Origin: Acidobacteriaceae bacterium
GTDB lineage: Bacteria; Acidobacteriota; Terriglobia; Terriglobales; Acidobacteriaceae
Length of the DNA stretch: 63,784 bases
Direction of reading: 5' to 3'
Assembly (NCBI GenBank): GCA_030037475.1
Contig: JASHRH010000167.1
Span: 1 to 63,784 of the forward strand
Shown: positions 1 to 8,944 of the stretch, in pieces
Layout: each line of letters begins with the position of its first letter
Position numbering within the stretch: position 1 is the first letter of the stretch
Program-made: the position numbers and the translations under genes
Notes under the pieces: model-generated
Told to the model about the DNA's origin: nothing
Seen by the model: the letters and a program-made list of their open reading frames with translations, nothing else
Database searches by the model: none

Positions 1-144
1 GTAGAAGGTCTGCCCTGTGATCCCATGCTTGCGGCACAGTTCACGCGTCGGCACTCCGGCGTCGGACTCCTTCAGGATGCCGATGATCTGTTCCTCTGTG
101 AATCGACTCTTCCGCACGACTCCTCCTCGGCCCTGCCGGGCCAT
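1..144 (-). CDS. IS3-family transposase OrfA (helix-turn-helix), N-terminal 48 aa only (partial)
   Basis: My own translation of the reverse complement of 1-144 is MARQGRGGVVRKSRFTEEQIIGILKESDAGVPTRELCRKHGITGQTFY. It carries the conserved RFTxEQIIxILKE...ELCRKHGIxxxTFY signature of IS3/IS407 OrfA. It is absent from the ORF track because it is under 60 aa and truncated. Confidence 0.8.
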   Translation of the reverse strand, partial: MARQGRGGVVRKSRFTEEQIIGILKESDAGVPTRELCRKHGITGQTFY

Positions 145-195
145 GCTATCGGAGAAGTCACATTTCCTCTGGTCTATTTTTCGGGGGGCAGGTCA
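1..195 (-). mobile_element. End of an IS3-family (IS407-group-like) insertion sequence, truncated by the window edge
   Basis: Read on the minus strand from 195, the sequence is TGACCTGCCCCCCGAAAAATAGACC. This is a TG-initiated G/C-rich terminal repeat of the kind I recall for IS407-group elements. The OrfA start codon follows 51 nt later at 144. The rest of the element lies left of the window. Confidence 0.7.
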
Positions 196-273
196 ACACC
201 ACTCGTTGTATCCCGCCAGATGGTAGACTGCCCGAGATGCCCCAACCCTACAGTAGTATTTTAAACTTCGCCC

Positions 274-1761
274 TCACGCATTCAAAGGGTCGGTTGAGCT
301 CTCTACGTTTCCCCGGACATACAGCGTCGCTAGGAGATACTGCACAAGAAAGAGTGCCACGTAGGTAATAAGCGACGAAAACGCGGCGCCTTCGATTCCC
401 CACCGCGGTATGATTACCAGATTCAGGCTAATGTTTAGGCCTGCGGCGGCCGACCATGGCCATACTGATCGCCACGGCTGACCACATGATGAAAAGAAGA
501 TACTCACCACGTTGTTCGCTCCATAAAAGACAATTGCCACACAGAGAATGAGGAAAGCCGGCACTGCGGGCAAAAATGCACGACCAAACATAAACGCAGT
601 TATAGGCTTAGCGACAAGCGCTGCACAGGCAGCAATGAGGGCCATTATTCCACTGACTCCAAGTGTCGTCTTGCGCGCCCTACGCCATTTACAATTAAGG
701 TCGCCGCTCCCCGCAAGCATCGGAAACAAAATCATGCCCACCACGGCCGGAAAAGTATATATGAAATCCGTCATGCTCGAGGCAAGCGAGTATAGACCAG
801 TAGCAGTGGCGCCAGCCAGGTATTTGACCAGCAAAACATCCGACTTTAGGACAGCATATCCACTCAGACACGTAAGGTAGGACCGCATGCCAAAATCTGC
901 TTGTTTACGAAACAGCGCAACATTGGGCCGCGGAAGATGCCCGGCCAAGAATACATTGCGAAAGGCGAGAACACCACCCGCGACTCCGGTGGTCGATAGT
1001 GATACCAGTGCTACCTGTTCAGGGCTTAATCGGCGCACAGCCAACCAGCACAGACCAAGAACGATCACAAAACTAGTTCGAAATATTACATCGACAATGT
1101 TATACCATCTGATATCCTTTACGCCGAGCAGCAGATTTTGGAGAAGCAGTTGACTCAAACTAACCGGAATGAGAATAAGCCCGATGGTCAACAGTTCGCC
1201 ATGCACCGGCGCCCACGATGGGCGTAGGATAAAGAGGCCACAGAGTAGCAGTGCCAAAGAACCGCCAATAACATACGCCATGCATAAAGCATTCGACACT
1301 AACTGGGGGAAGAGACCACGATCTCTAGCCACATAGTACGTATTAGCAGAATGCATCCCGAGGTTTGCAAATTGACCTCCCATCGCACCCATAACAAAAG
1401 TAGCGCTGAAGAGGCCACGTCCCGCCGGTCCTAGTATTCGTGCCGTCATGATGGACGTAATCAACCCAGTCGCAATCAGGACGACGCGAACAGCAAAAGT
1501 GGCACTCACATGGCCAAAGAATTGCCTGCGCTCTGGCCCGCCCCAAAAAAGATTTCGCGCCCTGGCAGCGAACCCAGCGGGCACAATATGATTCAAAGCC
1601 GCCTTGGGGCCATGGTTTTGACTGTTGATCGCCAGAGACGCCGCCTTCCCCCTTCTATTGTGCCGTTTCTGGAAGGCCCGCGCTGCTGGTTGCTGGTTCC
1701 GGACGTCCCTCACTTCTAAGAAATACGTCGGCGCGGTATTCCCCTTAGCATGGACAAACAC
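274..1761 (-). CDS. wzx: Polysaccharide flippase, MOP/Wzx (Polysacc_synt) family
   Basis: Multi-helix hydrophobic protein with an N-terminal ...ITSIMTARILGPAGRGLFSAT... segment typical of Wzx flippases. The longest ORF (to 1872) overlaps the upstream gene by 110 nt. I therefore place the start at GTG 1761, 1 nt after the upstream stop. The start is uncertain. Confidence 0.75.
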   Translation of the reverse strand: MFVHAKGNTAPTYFLEVRDVRNQQPAARAFQKRHNRRGKAASLAINSQNHGPKAALNHIVPAGFAARARNLFWGGPERRQFFGHVSATFAVRVVLIATGLITSIMTARILGPAGRGLFSATFVMGAMGGQFANLGMHSANTYYVARDRGLFPQLVSNALCMAYVIGGSLALLLCGLFILRPSWAPVHGELLTIGLILIPVSLSQLLLQNLLLGVKDIRWYNIVDVIFRTSFVIVLGLCWLAVRRLSPEQVALVSLSTTGVAGGVLAFRNVFLAGHLPRPNVALFRKQADFGMRSYLTCLSGYAVLKSDVLLVKYLAGATATGLYSLASSMTDFIYTFPAVVGMILFPMLAGSGDLNCKWRRARKTTLGVSGIMALIAACAALVAKPITAFMFGRAFLPAVPAFLILCVAIVFYGANNVVSIFFSSCGQPWRSVWPWSAAAGLNISLNLVIIPRWGIEGAAFSSLITYVALFLVQYLLATLYVRGNVESSTDPLNA

Positions 1762-1762
1762 C

Positions 1763-3160
1763 TTAATGCAATGCCCGAGCCGGGGTCCGCCGCTGCGAGC
1801 CAGCCGTAGCCCCCTCTCCGCCGTCCAGACCGTCGCTCCAAGCCACGACGCCAGCACGTGTAGTCTCCACAATACCTAGAGCCGCCATAACAAGACATAT
1901 CCAAGTGTTTACAAACGAATTGTTAATTGTCAAATCTGATACCAGTCCTCTGCCAAAGTATACTGCCGGCGCAAGCAAATATAGGAACTCGAGTCGCGAC
2001 TGCATCGATCTAGCACCTGATATCGTCACCGATGCGAGCTCCCACAGACATCCACCAGCCATTAACAACACACCAATCGCGGCGAACACCCCACACTCAG
2101 CGGCCTGCCAGATAATCATCTCGTGCGGCACCGTTTCATCTATGACCCGTTTGCTTTGGCCAGGGCCCAACCCAGCGATGGGTTCCCTCTCAAAGGCCGT
2201 CCAACCTTCCCGCATGCTCTCGATGCGAGATTCCACGTTTGCGTTCCCCATATCGTAGGTCGCCGCCACCTTAAAATACTCCAGTAGGTGCGTCAGATGC
2301 CCACCCACAATAGTTGTACCAACTGCCATCACGCTCGCAATGACTATGCTAAACAGCAGCCTTCGGCTACGCTCAAAAGTAGCCGTAACTAGCATTGCAA
2401 GGAAAAGCGCCAGTATGCCTGTCCGCGACATGGTCAATAACGTGTTGAGGGAAGCGGTTATCAGCGTGAGCCACGCTATCACGCGAGTAGCGAAGCCGAA
2501 CTGTTTACCGAATGCTACTGGCATGCAGATCATGGAGAATATCCCATAGGCGCAACTGGCATTGTCAGGGTTGCCAAAAAAACAGTTGAGCGCCCAATAG
2601 TGTGGATCGTACTTGATCGTAATTATCTGCATGAGTGAGGGGAAGCCCCAAGCGGCATGATATCGATAGAGGTCATAGATGGACGGGAGTAAAGCGCCCA
2701 ATGCTATAGCGCGAAAGGCGAGCTCGTAATCGCGCAAGGCTCTGAATCTCACGCGCCGGGCAGCATAATAGACGAGGGCCCCAGACAGTATACCGGCGGC
2801 ATAGTCGAAATCGACGTCAGCAGTCCCTACGTGTGCCATCGTGCTAATCGTGGCGCCAAGTATCCAGGCTATCAAGCCTGCACGAAACAATGTAACAGCT
2901 CCCGGCCTATAGGAACGTGAGGTAGAACAAATCATCACCAGTATAGGAGCTACAATGGTGGCCAGTAGCAGGGACTGAGCGCAGATCAGTAGGATATCTC
3001 GGGGTAGGGTAGCGCCAACGGTGTCAGAGGCATGCAGGTCTAGTAAATGTATGTATCCTCGACCGATAAAAGTGTTCTCCATGGGTATCCAAAAGAGCAG
3101 ACAGAGAAGGAGAAGGAAATCGAGAGGCTTAGAGCTCAGTTTTTCGCTCACGCATAGCAT
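1763..3160 (-). CDS. O-antigen ligase / Wzy-like polysaccharide polymerase (Wzy_C domain membrane protein)
   Basis: 465 aa with many hydrophobic helices. The segment ...LLTMSRTGILALFLAMLV... resembles the O-antigen ligase/Wzy_C core. It sits between a glycosyltransferase and a flippase. Confidence 0.65.
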   Translation of the reverse strand: MLCVSEKLSSKPLDFLLLLCLLFWIPMENTFIGRGYIHLLDLHASDTVGATLPRDILLICAQSLLLATIVAPILVMICSTSRSYRPGAVTLFRAGLIAWILGATISTMAHVGTADVDFDYAAGILSGALVYYAARRVRFRALRDYELAFRAIALGALLPSIYDLYRYHAAWGFPSLMQIITIKYDPHYWALNCFFGNPDNASCAYGIFSMICMPVAFGKQFGFATRVIAWLTLITASLNTLLTMSRTGILALFLAMLVTATFERSRRLLFSIVIASVMAVGTTIVGGHLTHLLEYFKVAATYDMGNANVESRIESMREGWTAFEREPIAGLGPGQSKRVIDETVPHEMIIWQAAECGVFAAIGVLLMAGGCLWELASVTISGARSMQSRLEFLYLLAPAVYFGRGLVSDLTINNSFVNTWICLVMAALGIVETTRAGVVAWSDGLDGGEGATAGSQRRTPARALH

Positions 3161-4868
3161 TCGCGGCCTCCGAGCACTTGGCTTCTTCGAGGGAATCCAA
3201 TATCTTTGTTACGTGATGATGCCATGTGTATTTTCGCAGTACATCGCCGCGGGCGGCCACCCCGATCGCGCGGCGCACGGCTGGCCGTTCGACCAAGAAC
3301 CTGAGGGACCGATTTAGATCGTCTACATTTCCGGGGCGAACAAGAATGGCGGACGCGAACGGACGGGAATCGAGAGAGTCGGACCAGATGCGAATTCCTG
3401 CGGCGAGAACCTCCCCGATCTGGTCGAGGTCAGACGCGATGATGCCCTTGCCCATGGCCATGTACTCGAAGAGCTTGGTTGGCGAGCCGAAGAACCGGCT
3501 GCCGTCGGCGTTGGCCACATGGGGAGAGACGAGAATATCCGAAGCCGCGAGATATTTTACAGTTTCGCTCTGTGGAACAAGGCCGGTAAAGAGGACCCAC
3601 TTCGCGTATTCCGGTAACCCGATGAGTCTTCGCACATCGGGCATTGTGGCGCCATCGCCGATCATTGCAAAGCGAACTTTGCCCCTTCCCAGCCAAGACG
3701 GGTGTCTCTCGATGAGGTTGCGAATGGCTTCGGCAAAGACAGGGGCGCCGTGCCATCGGCCAAAGGTGCCAACGAAGGAAACGAGGCACTCATCTGGAGC
3801 GATGCCGTGGCGTTCACGAATGACAGAAATCTCTCGTTTCGGCACGGCCTCGGGACTGAAGTGGGAGGGATCGACACAGTTTGGGTAGCAGACTACGCGC
3901 TTAGGGTCAACACCGCGTCTAATTACTTCTTCGGCTAGGGCCCGGGACACCACGACCACGCGATGGGCATGACGAAGGCAAGCGCCTTCGAGAGTAGTTG
4001 CTAATGCCGAGAAGCGCAGTGGCTTACCCCAATTTCGGCTAATCCACACCTCAGAGCCATTGTATTCGAGGACGAGAGGAATGCGCCATAACCTGGATAA
4101 AGCCACACCGGCAAAGTTGAACAGAGACATTCGCTGATAGATAAAGCGATAGCAAGCCCCATTGAGAGCTCGTAACTGGTTCCAAACATGCCAGTGAAAG
4201 CGTAGCAAGTTAAGTTCGATCGGATAGGCTTGGGTTCTGAGCCCTTTGATAGGGATCTGCCGCACGGCAGGACGGGTCATTGGCTGCGGACTGGCGCTGG
4301 CAAGATCGACCCCATATCCCAAATCTGAGAAGGCGTTTATGACCCCTGCAATGTGCCCAATGGAACCACCGACACGAATTCCGAACCAATAGTTAGTATT
4401 GACATATAGGATCTGACGTTTCGATTGTATATCGGCACATTCTCGCCGCTGGCGGTTCACCAACAATGCTCCGGCAAACTGACTCCAGGCCAGGGCCAAC
4501 AGGCCTGAGATCATCCCGACTCCGACACGCGGTATAGCAGAGAAGATTTCGGATTTTCGAACATCTCGCAACGAGCAATCCGCGCCAACCACCACGGTAC
4601 TCTCGACCGAAGAAAGCGCGACAAGTCCGAGAATAAGGGGATACATAGACTCGCTCTGTGGATCTTCGAGGGGAATGTAAAGGATCGCCTTTTTATGCAT
4701 CTTCCTCAAGAAGAAGACCATCTTTGCAAAGCTCATCCTGCGAAGCTCAGCAACTGAGATATAGACAACGTTGGTGCCTGCCACTCTCTCCACTGCCTTT
4801 CGGAAGCCGCCGGAAAGCGGATAGCAGCTCAAGACATAAGCTTCTGGATTCTGCACATTCATACCCAA
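3129..4868 (-). CDS. Glycosyltransferase family 4 (GT-B, Glycos_transf_1) with a ~190-aa N-terminal extension
   Basis: C-terminal half has ...FVGTFGRWHGAPVF... and ...PTKLFEYMAMGKGIIASD..., the E-x7-E region typical of GT4. I do not recognise the N-terminal ~190 aa. Its 3' end overlaps the downstream start by 32 nt. Confidence 0.8.
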   Translation of the reverse strand: MGMNVQNPEAYVLSCYPLSGGFRKAVERVAGTNVVYISVAELRRMSFAKMVFFLRKMHKKAILYIPLEDPQSESMYPLILGLVALSSVESTVVVGADCSLRDVRKSEIFSAIPRVGVGMISGLLALAWSQFAGALLVNRQRRECADIQSKRQILYVNTNYWFGIRVGGSIGHIAGVINAFSDLGYGVDLASASPQPMTRPAVRQIPIKGLRTQAYPIELNLLRFHWHVWNQLRALNGACYRFIYQRMSLFNFAGVALSRLWRIPLVLEYNGSEVWISRNWGKPLRFSALATTLEGACLRHAHRVVVVSRALAEEVIRRGVDPKRVVCYPNCVDPSHFSPEAVPKREISVIRERHGIAPDECLVSFVGTFGRWHGAPVFAEAIRNLIERHPSWLGRGKVRFAMIGDGATMPDVRRLIGLPEYAKWVLFTGLVPQSETVKYLAASDILVSPHVANADGSRFFGSPTKLFEYMAMGKGIIASDLDQIGEVLAAGIRIWSDSLDSRPFASAILVRPGNVDDLNRSLRFLVERPAVRRAIGVAARGDVLRKYTWHHHVTKILDSLEEAKCSEAANAMRERKTEL

Positions 4869-4910
4869 TTATACGGAGACCTAGTACACATTAGACTGTC
4901 ACGCTTACCT

Positions 4911-6992
4911 TCAGCCATTTGCAGAGACGATTGCGATGTTAAGATCAGTCAGCGAACCTTCACGCCTCCACACGAGTCTGCAAGATGGGAGGCATACGCC
5001 GTAGGATGGAGAAATGCGACAGGGCTCGATGGACAATTTCCACGATAAAGGCTCGATCCACTCCAGGAGAAAGCGCCGGTTGCGAGTCCGCAACTGCACG
5101 GATCCCGGTTCGATAATGTCTGCCCTAGCGCCCGGGTCGAGGTGGAGCGGGATCTCGACTTTGTGGCTGCCGGAGCCCTCGAAGGAATCGCGAATACGGA
5201 GCTTATGAGATCTGTGCTCAAGCTGAATCCTTCGGAGGGGCCGAACTTGACCGGGCAGTCTGAGATAACCCGAGTGTGAACCCTCGAACTCGTCTCCCTC
5301 CGCGCACGACTTCCACTTGCGGAGCTCGGGTTTGGCGTCGTAATGCAGGGACCAGAGAGCATCCCATGCGACGAATCGGTTTATCTCTTCGCCGTCGACA
5401 AGAGGGGTGTTATGCGCGGTGGTGGAGCGGAATCGGTTTCGCTCCTCAGCAGAGGCAGTATAGACGTATGCCCCGCAATCGGTGATCAGGTGCACTCCAT
5501 CCAGCGTCGCTTCGAAACTGAGGCAATCATTGTGCCCATGACCACCACGCCCGCCCAAACCGACGGGACCGCAGTCGATGAATATTCGATCGTCGCGGTT
5601 ACGCATAATGAAGAAGCCGCCACCGGGAAAATGCTCCGAGGTGATCTCTTCGCAGCCTGCCTGTGCGGAGAGCCAGTCACATGAGTCAGGCCCGAAAATC
5701 CAAAAGATCTCATCGAGCGGACCGGAGAATTTGCGGGCAAGATCATCGGAAGTCCAGTTGACTGCCCCTAGTCCGACGAGATAGCGATGGTCGTTGCACT
5801 GCTGACCTCCAAAAGGAAGAGTGCGTGCGTCATCCGCATCACCCCAGAGGGGGCAGGAACCGTCGGGAGCCGAATAGGCTGCACTGAAGTGTGCCATTGT
5901 CTCGACACGGACACGGTAGGAATTGTCCAAGGGCAACCCATGCAGTTGCCGATATATCGCCGGAAAGAGAAATAGTTCCTGAACCAAGCGGTGATAAGGA
6001 ATGGAAGCTTCGAAATCGACGCCGTCGCTGTAGACCTGACGGGGCAACTCACTACAGAGCGTCTTCCAGCCGTGGACGAGCCAACGATCCGGCTGCTCGC
6101 CTTGACCAAAAAACAGTCCGGCGAAAACTAATGCGGCAGCATCAGCGGTGTAGTGATTGCCAGCAATATCCGAAACTTCGATATGGCGTTCCGTGTACTC
6201 TGCGTGCAGATAGATGGACTGGAGGAGACGAAAGCGAAAATCGCGATTGTGCCAGGATTTGCTGCCAGCGAAGACATGAAAGAGCCATGTCAGAGTGAAA
6301 ATCCGCATGGCGACTTCCATGGTACAGGACCAATTGACGGTTCGGGCGTAAGGATTACCCTCCAGCCACTCGATAATGACATCGTGAACGGATTCTGCGT
6401 ATCGTTCGTCTTGAGTAAGCAGATATGCCTGCCCCACGGGAATGAGCCATTGCAATCGCGAGATCTCCCACGGTACCTTCACGTCGGTCGCCTGACTGAG
6501 ATTGCTGTATTCGATTGATTTGGCGTAAGCCCTAGGCCAGCGGTAACCGGTCTTAAGGTCACATTCCCAATCAATCGGCCGACCTAGCATTCTTGGTCCA
6601 GTACCCAGTAGGTCAATACGCCGCTCAAGGGCATGGCGTGCCCTCTTCATAATGCTTTCACGCGTGCCGGGGCAGCACCGGTCCACTTGGGAGGCGCATT
6701 TGGCGGAGAGGGTTGCGGGATAGGGTCGTCGTGCAAGCCGTTCCCAGAGGTCAACCAGATCTCGCGCGCGAAGATTCCGAATAAGTCGCTGTTCGGTGAG
6801 ACGTGTGGGCCTCGACTGGGACAGATGTTTGTCGATGGCCGCCGCTATCTCCTGGCGGAGGCGGATCAGAATGATGCGAGGGGGCTTCCTGAATGCGCGC
6901 CGAACCTTTGCAATGAGGGCCTTCAAGCGACCCCAACCTCTTTGCCCTGAATCCAATAAGAGTACCAAGCGGTGAGATTGAAAAGTACCCAA
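4911..6992 (-). CDS. Heparinase II/III-like family protein (no signal peptide)
   Basis: ...DLLGTGPRMLGRPIDWECDLKTGYRWP... matches the N-terminal heparinase II/III-type region. ...GGRGGHGHNDCLSFEATLDGVHLITDCGAYVYT... matches the Hepar_II_III C-terminal signature. ATG 6992 overlaps the upstream stop by 70 nt. An alternative TTG at 6926 forms a TTGA overlap with that stop. Confidence 0.75.
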   Translation of the reverse strand: MGTFQSHRLVLLLDSGQRGWGRLKALIAKVRRAFRKPPRIILIRLRQEIAAAIDKHLSQSRPTRLTEQRLIRNLRARDLVDLWERLARRPYPATLSAKCASQVDRCCPGTRESIMKRARHALERRIDLLGTGPRMLGRPIDWECDLKTGYRWPRAYAKSIEYSNLSQATDVKVPWEISRLQWLIPVGQAYLLTQDERYAESVHDVIIEWLEGNPYARTVNWSCTMEVAMRIFTLTWLFHVFAGSKSWHNRDFRFRLLQSIYLHAEYTERHIEVSDIAGNHYTADAAALVFAGLFFGQGEQPDRWLVHGWKTLCSELPRQVYSDGVDFEASIPYHRLVQELFLFPAIYRQLHGLPLDNSYRVRVETMAHFSAAYSAPDGSCPLWGDADDARTLPFGGQQCNDHRYLVGLGAVNWTSDDLARKFSGPLDEIFWIFGPDSCDWLSAQAGCEEITSEHFPGGGFFIMRNRDDRIFIDCGPVGLGGRGGHGHNDCLSFEATLDGVHLITDCGAYVYTASAEERNRFRSTTAHNTPLVDGEEINRFVAWDALWSLHYDAKPELRKWKSCAEGDEFEGSHSGYLRLPGQVRPLRRIQLEHRSHKLRIRDSFEGSGSHKVEIPLHLDPGARADIIEPGSVQLRTRNRRFLLEWIEPLSWKLSIEPCRISPSYGVCLPSCRLVWRREGSLTDLNIAIVSANG

Positions 6993-8944
6993 AGCTGGGC
7001 GGCATTTTCGCGGCGTCCGTTTCTATGGTCAGCAAATAGGCGGTTGATATGGTCGGTATGGAAGTAGCCCTGTTCAACGAGACCGGAAGTGAGGATGCTC
7101 TTTTGCACGAACTTGCCGAAGCCGCTCTTCAGCCAGTTCGACATCGGAGCACCGAAACCCCTCTTAACACGGTAGATGGTTTCGTTGGGAATGATACCCT
7201 CAGCGGCTTTCTTGAGCAGGTATTTGGCGACCCCGCCACGGGTTTTCCACCCCATGGGGATGTCCATCGAAAACTCTACCAAGCGGTGATCCAGGAAGGG
7301 GACGCGCGCCTCAAGAGACTCTGACATTGTGACCTTGTCGACGCGCATGAGCAGAAGTTCAGGCAGACGATGCTTGAACTCGTTGTACACCATCCTTGAG
7401 AGCACATCGTTGCCAGGATAATCGGCATCGAATTGCTCGAGGAAGCTACGGACTACGTTGTAACTATCCGGTTGAAAATAGGATGCGGGCAGCATCTGCT
7501 CATCACAGACCGTTTTCGGGGGAATGTAGGACTGGAGACATTCTGGACGCAAAAGGGGTCGTTTGAGGATGTCCCAGTAAACAACGGCTCCCGTCCAGAA
7601 CATCTCACGGTTGCGTGCAGCACGGTCTAGGATATCGGCATTAAAAGAGAAACCGGGGCGAATGGCTGCAATACTGCCGGCGGCCGCGGCGAGGCCTCGC
7701 TGAGCGAATTTAGGCAGATATCTACGAAATGGCCGCCAATAATCGCGGTATAGCCTGAGGTAATCCATATACTTCTGATAACCGCAGAACTGTTCGTCAG
7801 AACCCTCTCCAACCTGGACAACAGTGATGCCAGCATCGCGAGTTAGTTTTGAAACGAAGTAGAGGGGTACGCATACCCAATCGGCAATGGGCTCGTCCTG
7901 ATGGAAAATCAGGTCATCGAGGCAGCCGAACATCTCCCCTTCGCCAATTAGGACCTCATGGTGATTGGTGTTGAATCGTTTGGCCATGAGGCCGGCCTCG
8001 TCGAGTTCGTTAAGATGCACATGATCGCGGAACCCGACAGTAAAGGTTTCTACGGGCGAAGACGTGTATTCGCTCATCAGCGCAACGTTCAGCGAGGAAT
8101 CGATTCCTCCGGAAAGGAATACTCCAAACGGAACATCGGACATCATCCGGCACTTGACGGAAGCGCGCAGGCGTTTGCGGATCCCCTGAACGTAGAAGTC
8201 TTCGAGAGCGGCATCGGATAGCCCTCGGGTTTCAGATGCGGGAATCCCCTGTCCGGGTACGGCGTCCCAATATCGGCGCGCTTCAAGGTGGCCGTCGTTG
8301 TGGACCTGAAGACGATATCCTGCTGGAAGTTTATAGATCCCACGGAAGAGTGTGAGCGGCGCTGGAGCAGACATGAAAGTGAGATAGTGATACATAGCCA
8401 TGACGTCAATGTCTCTCTCGACGCCATGATGCTTGATGATAGCTTTTATTTCCGAACCGAAAAATAGGGCGTTGGCCTGGGGCGAGAAATAGAGCGGTTT
8501 GACGCCGATGCGATCGCGTGCCAGACTCAGGATTCGCCGCCGCGCGTCCCAGATCCCGAAGGCGAAATCGCCAGCAATACGCTCAAGTAATCCATCCAGT
8601 CCCCACTCTTCATACCCGTGCACCAGCACTTCGGTGTCTGAGTGGTCCGTTCGGAAAAGATGTCCGCGCCGAATCAGGTCCGGACGAAGCTCCGTGTGGT
8701 TGTAAATCTCTCCGTTGAAAGTAATCCAAACGCTACCATCTTCGTTTGACATGGGTTGGGAGGCGACCGCACTCAGGTCAATAATGGAAAGCCTGCGATG
8801 GGCGAGACCTGTCTTCCCATCAGGCGAAATCCAATTAGCGCCGCCATCGGGACCGCGGTGGACCATGGTGTCGCGCATGGCGGTCAGGTCTGTTTGGTCT
8901 ATCCGTCCTTCGCCGTGAACGAACACCCCCGTTATTCCGCACAT
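6923..8944 (-). CDS. Asparagine synthetase-like glutamine-dependent amidotransferase (long AsnB/WbpS-like form found in polysaccharide loci)
   Basis: Starts MCGITGVF, giving the Cys2 nucleophile of class-II GATases. PP-loop motif FLSGGIDSS is present. At 673 aa it is longer than housekeeping AsnB. Confidence 0.9.
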   Translation of the reverse strand: MCGITGVFVHGEGRIDQTDLTAMRDTMVHRGPDGGANWISPDGKTGLAHRRLSIIDLSAVASQPMSNEDGSVWITFNGEIYNHTELRPDLIRRGHLFRTDHSDTEVLVHGYEEWGLDGLLERIAGDFAFGIWDARRRILSLARDRIGVKPLYFSPQANALFFGSEIKAIIKHHGVERDIDVMAMYHYLTFMSAPAPLTLFRGIYKLPAGYRLQVHNDGHLEARRYWDAVPGQGIPASETRGLSDAALEDFYVQGIRKRLRASVKCRMMSDVPFGVFLSGGIDSSLNVALMSEYTSSPVETFTVGFRDHVHLNELDEAGLMAKRFNTNHHEVLIGEGEMFGCLDDLIFHQDEPIADWVCVPLYFVSKLTRDAGITVVQVGEGSDEQFCGYQKYMDYLRLYRDYWRPFRRYLPKFAQRGLAAAAGSIAAIRPGFSFNADILDRAARNREMFWTGAVVYWDILKRPLLRPECLQSYIPPKTVCDEQMLPASYFQPDSYNVVRSFLEQFDADYPGNDVLSRMVYNEFKHRLPELLLMRVDKVTMSESLEARVPFLDHRLVEFSMDIPMGWKTRGGVAKYLLKKAAEGIIPNETIYRVKRGFGAPMSNWLKSGFGKFVQKSILTSGLVEQGYFHTDHINRLFADHRNGRRENAAQLWVLFNLTAWYSYWIQGKEVGVA

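Noticed and set aside
274-1872. Longest form of the flippase ORF (ATG 1872)
   Set aside because: It would overlap the upstream Wzy-like gene by 110 nt. It would also add an Arg/Gly-rich, non-membrane N-terminus. A GTG at 1761, right after the upstream stop, is more plausible. The start remains uncertain.
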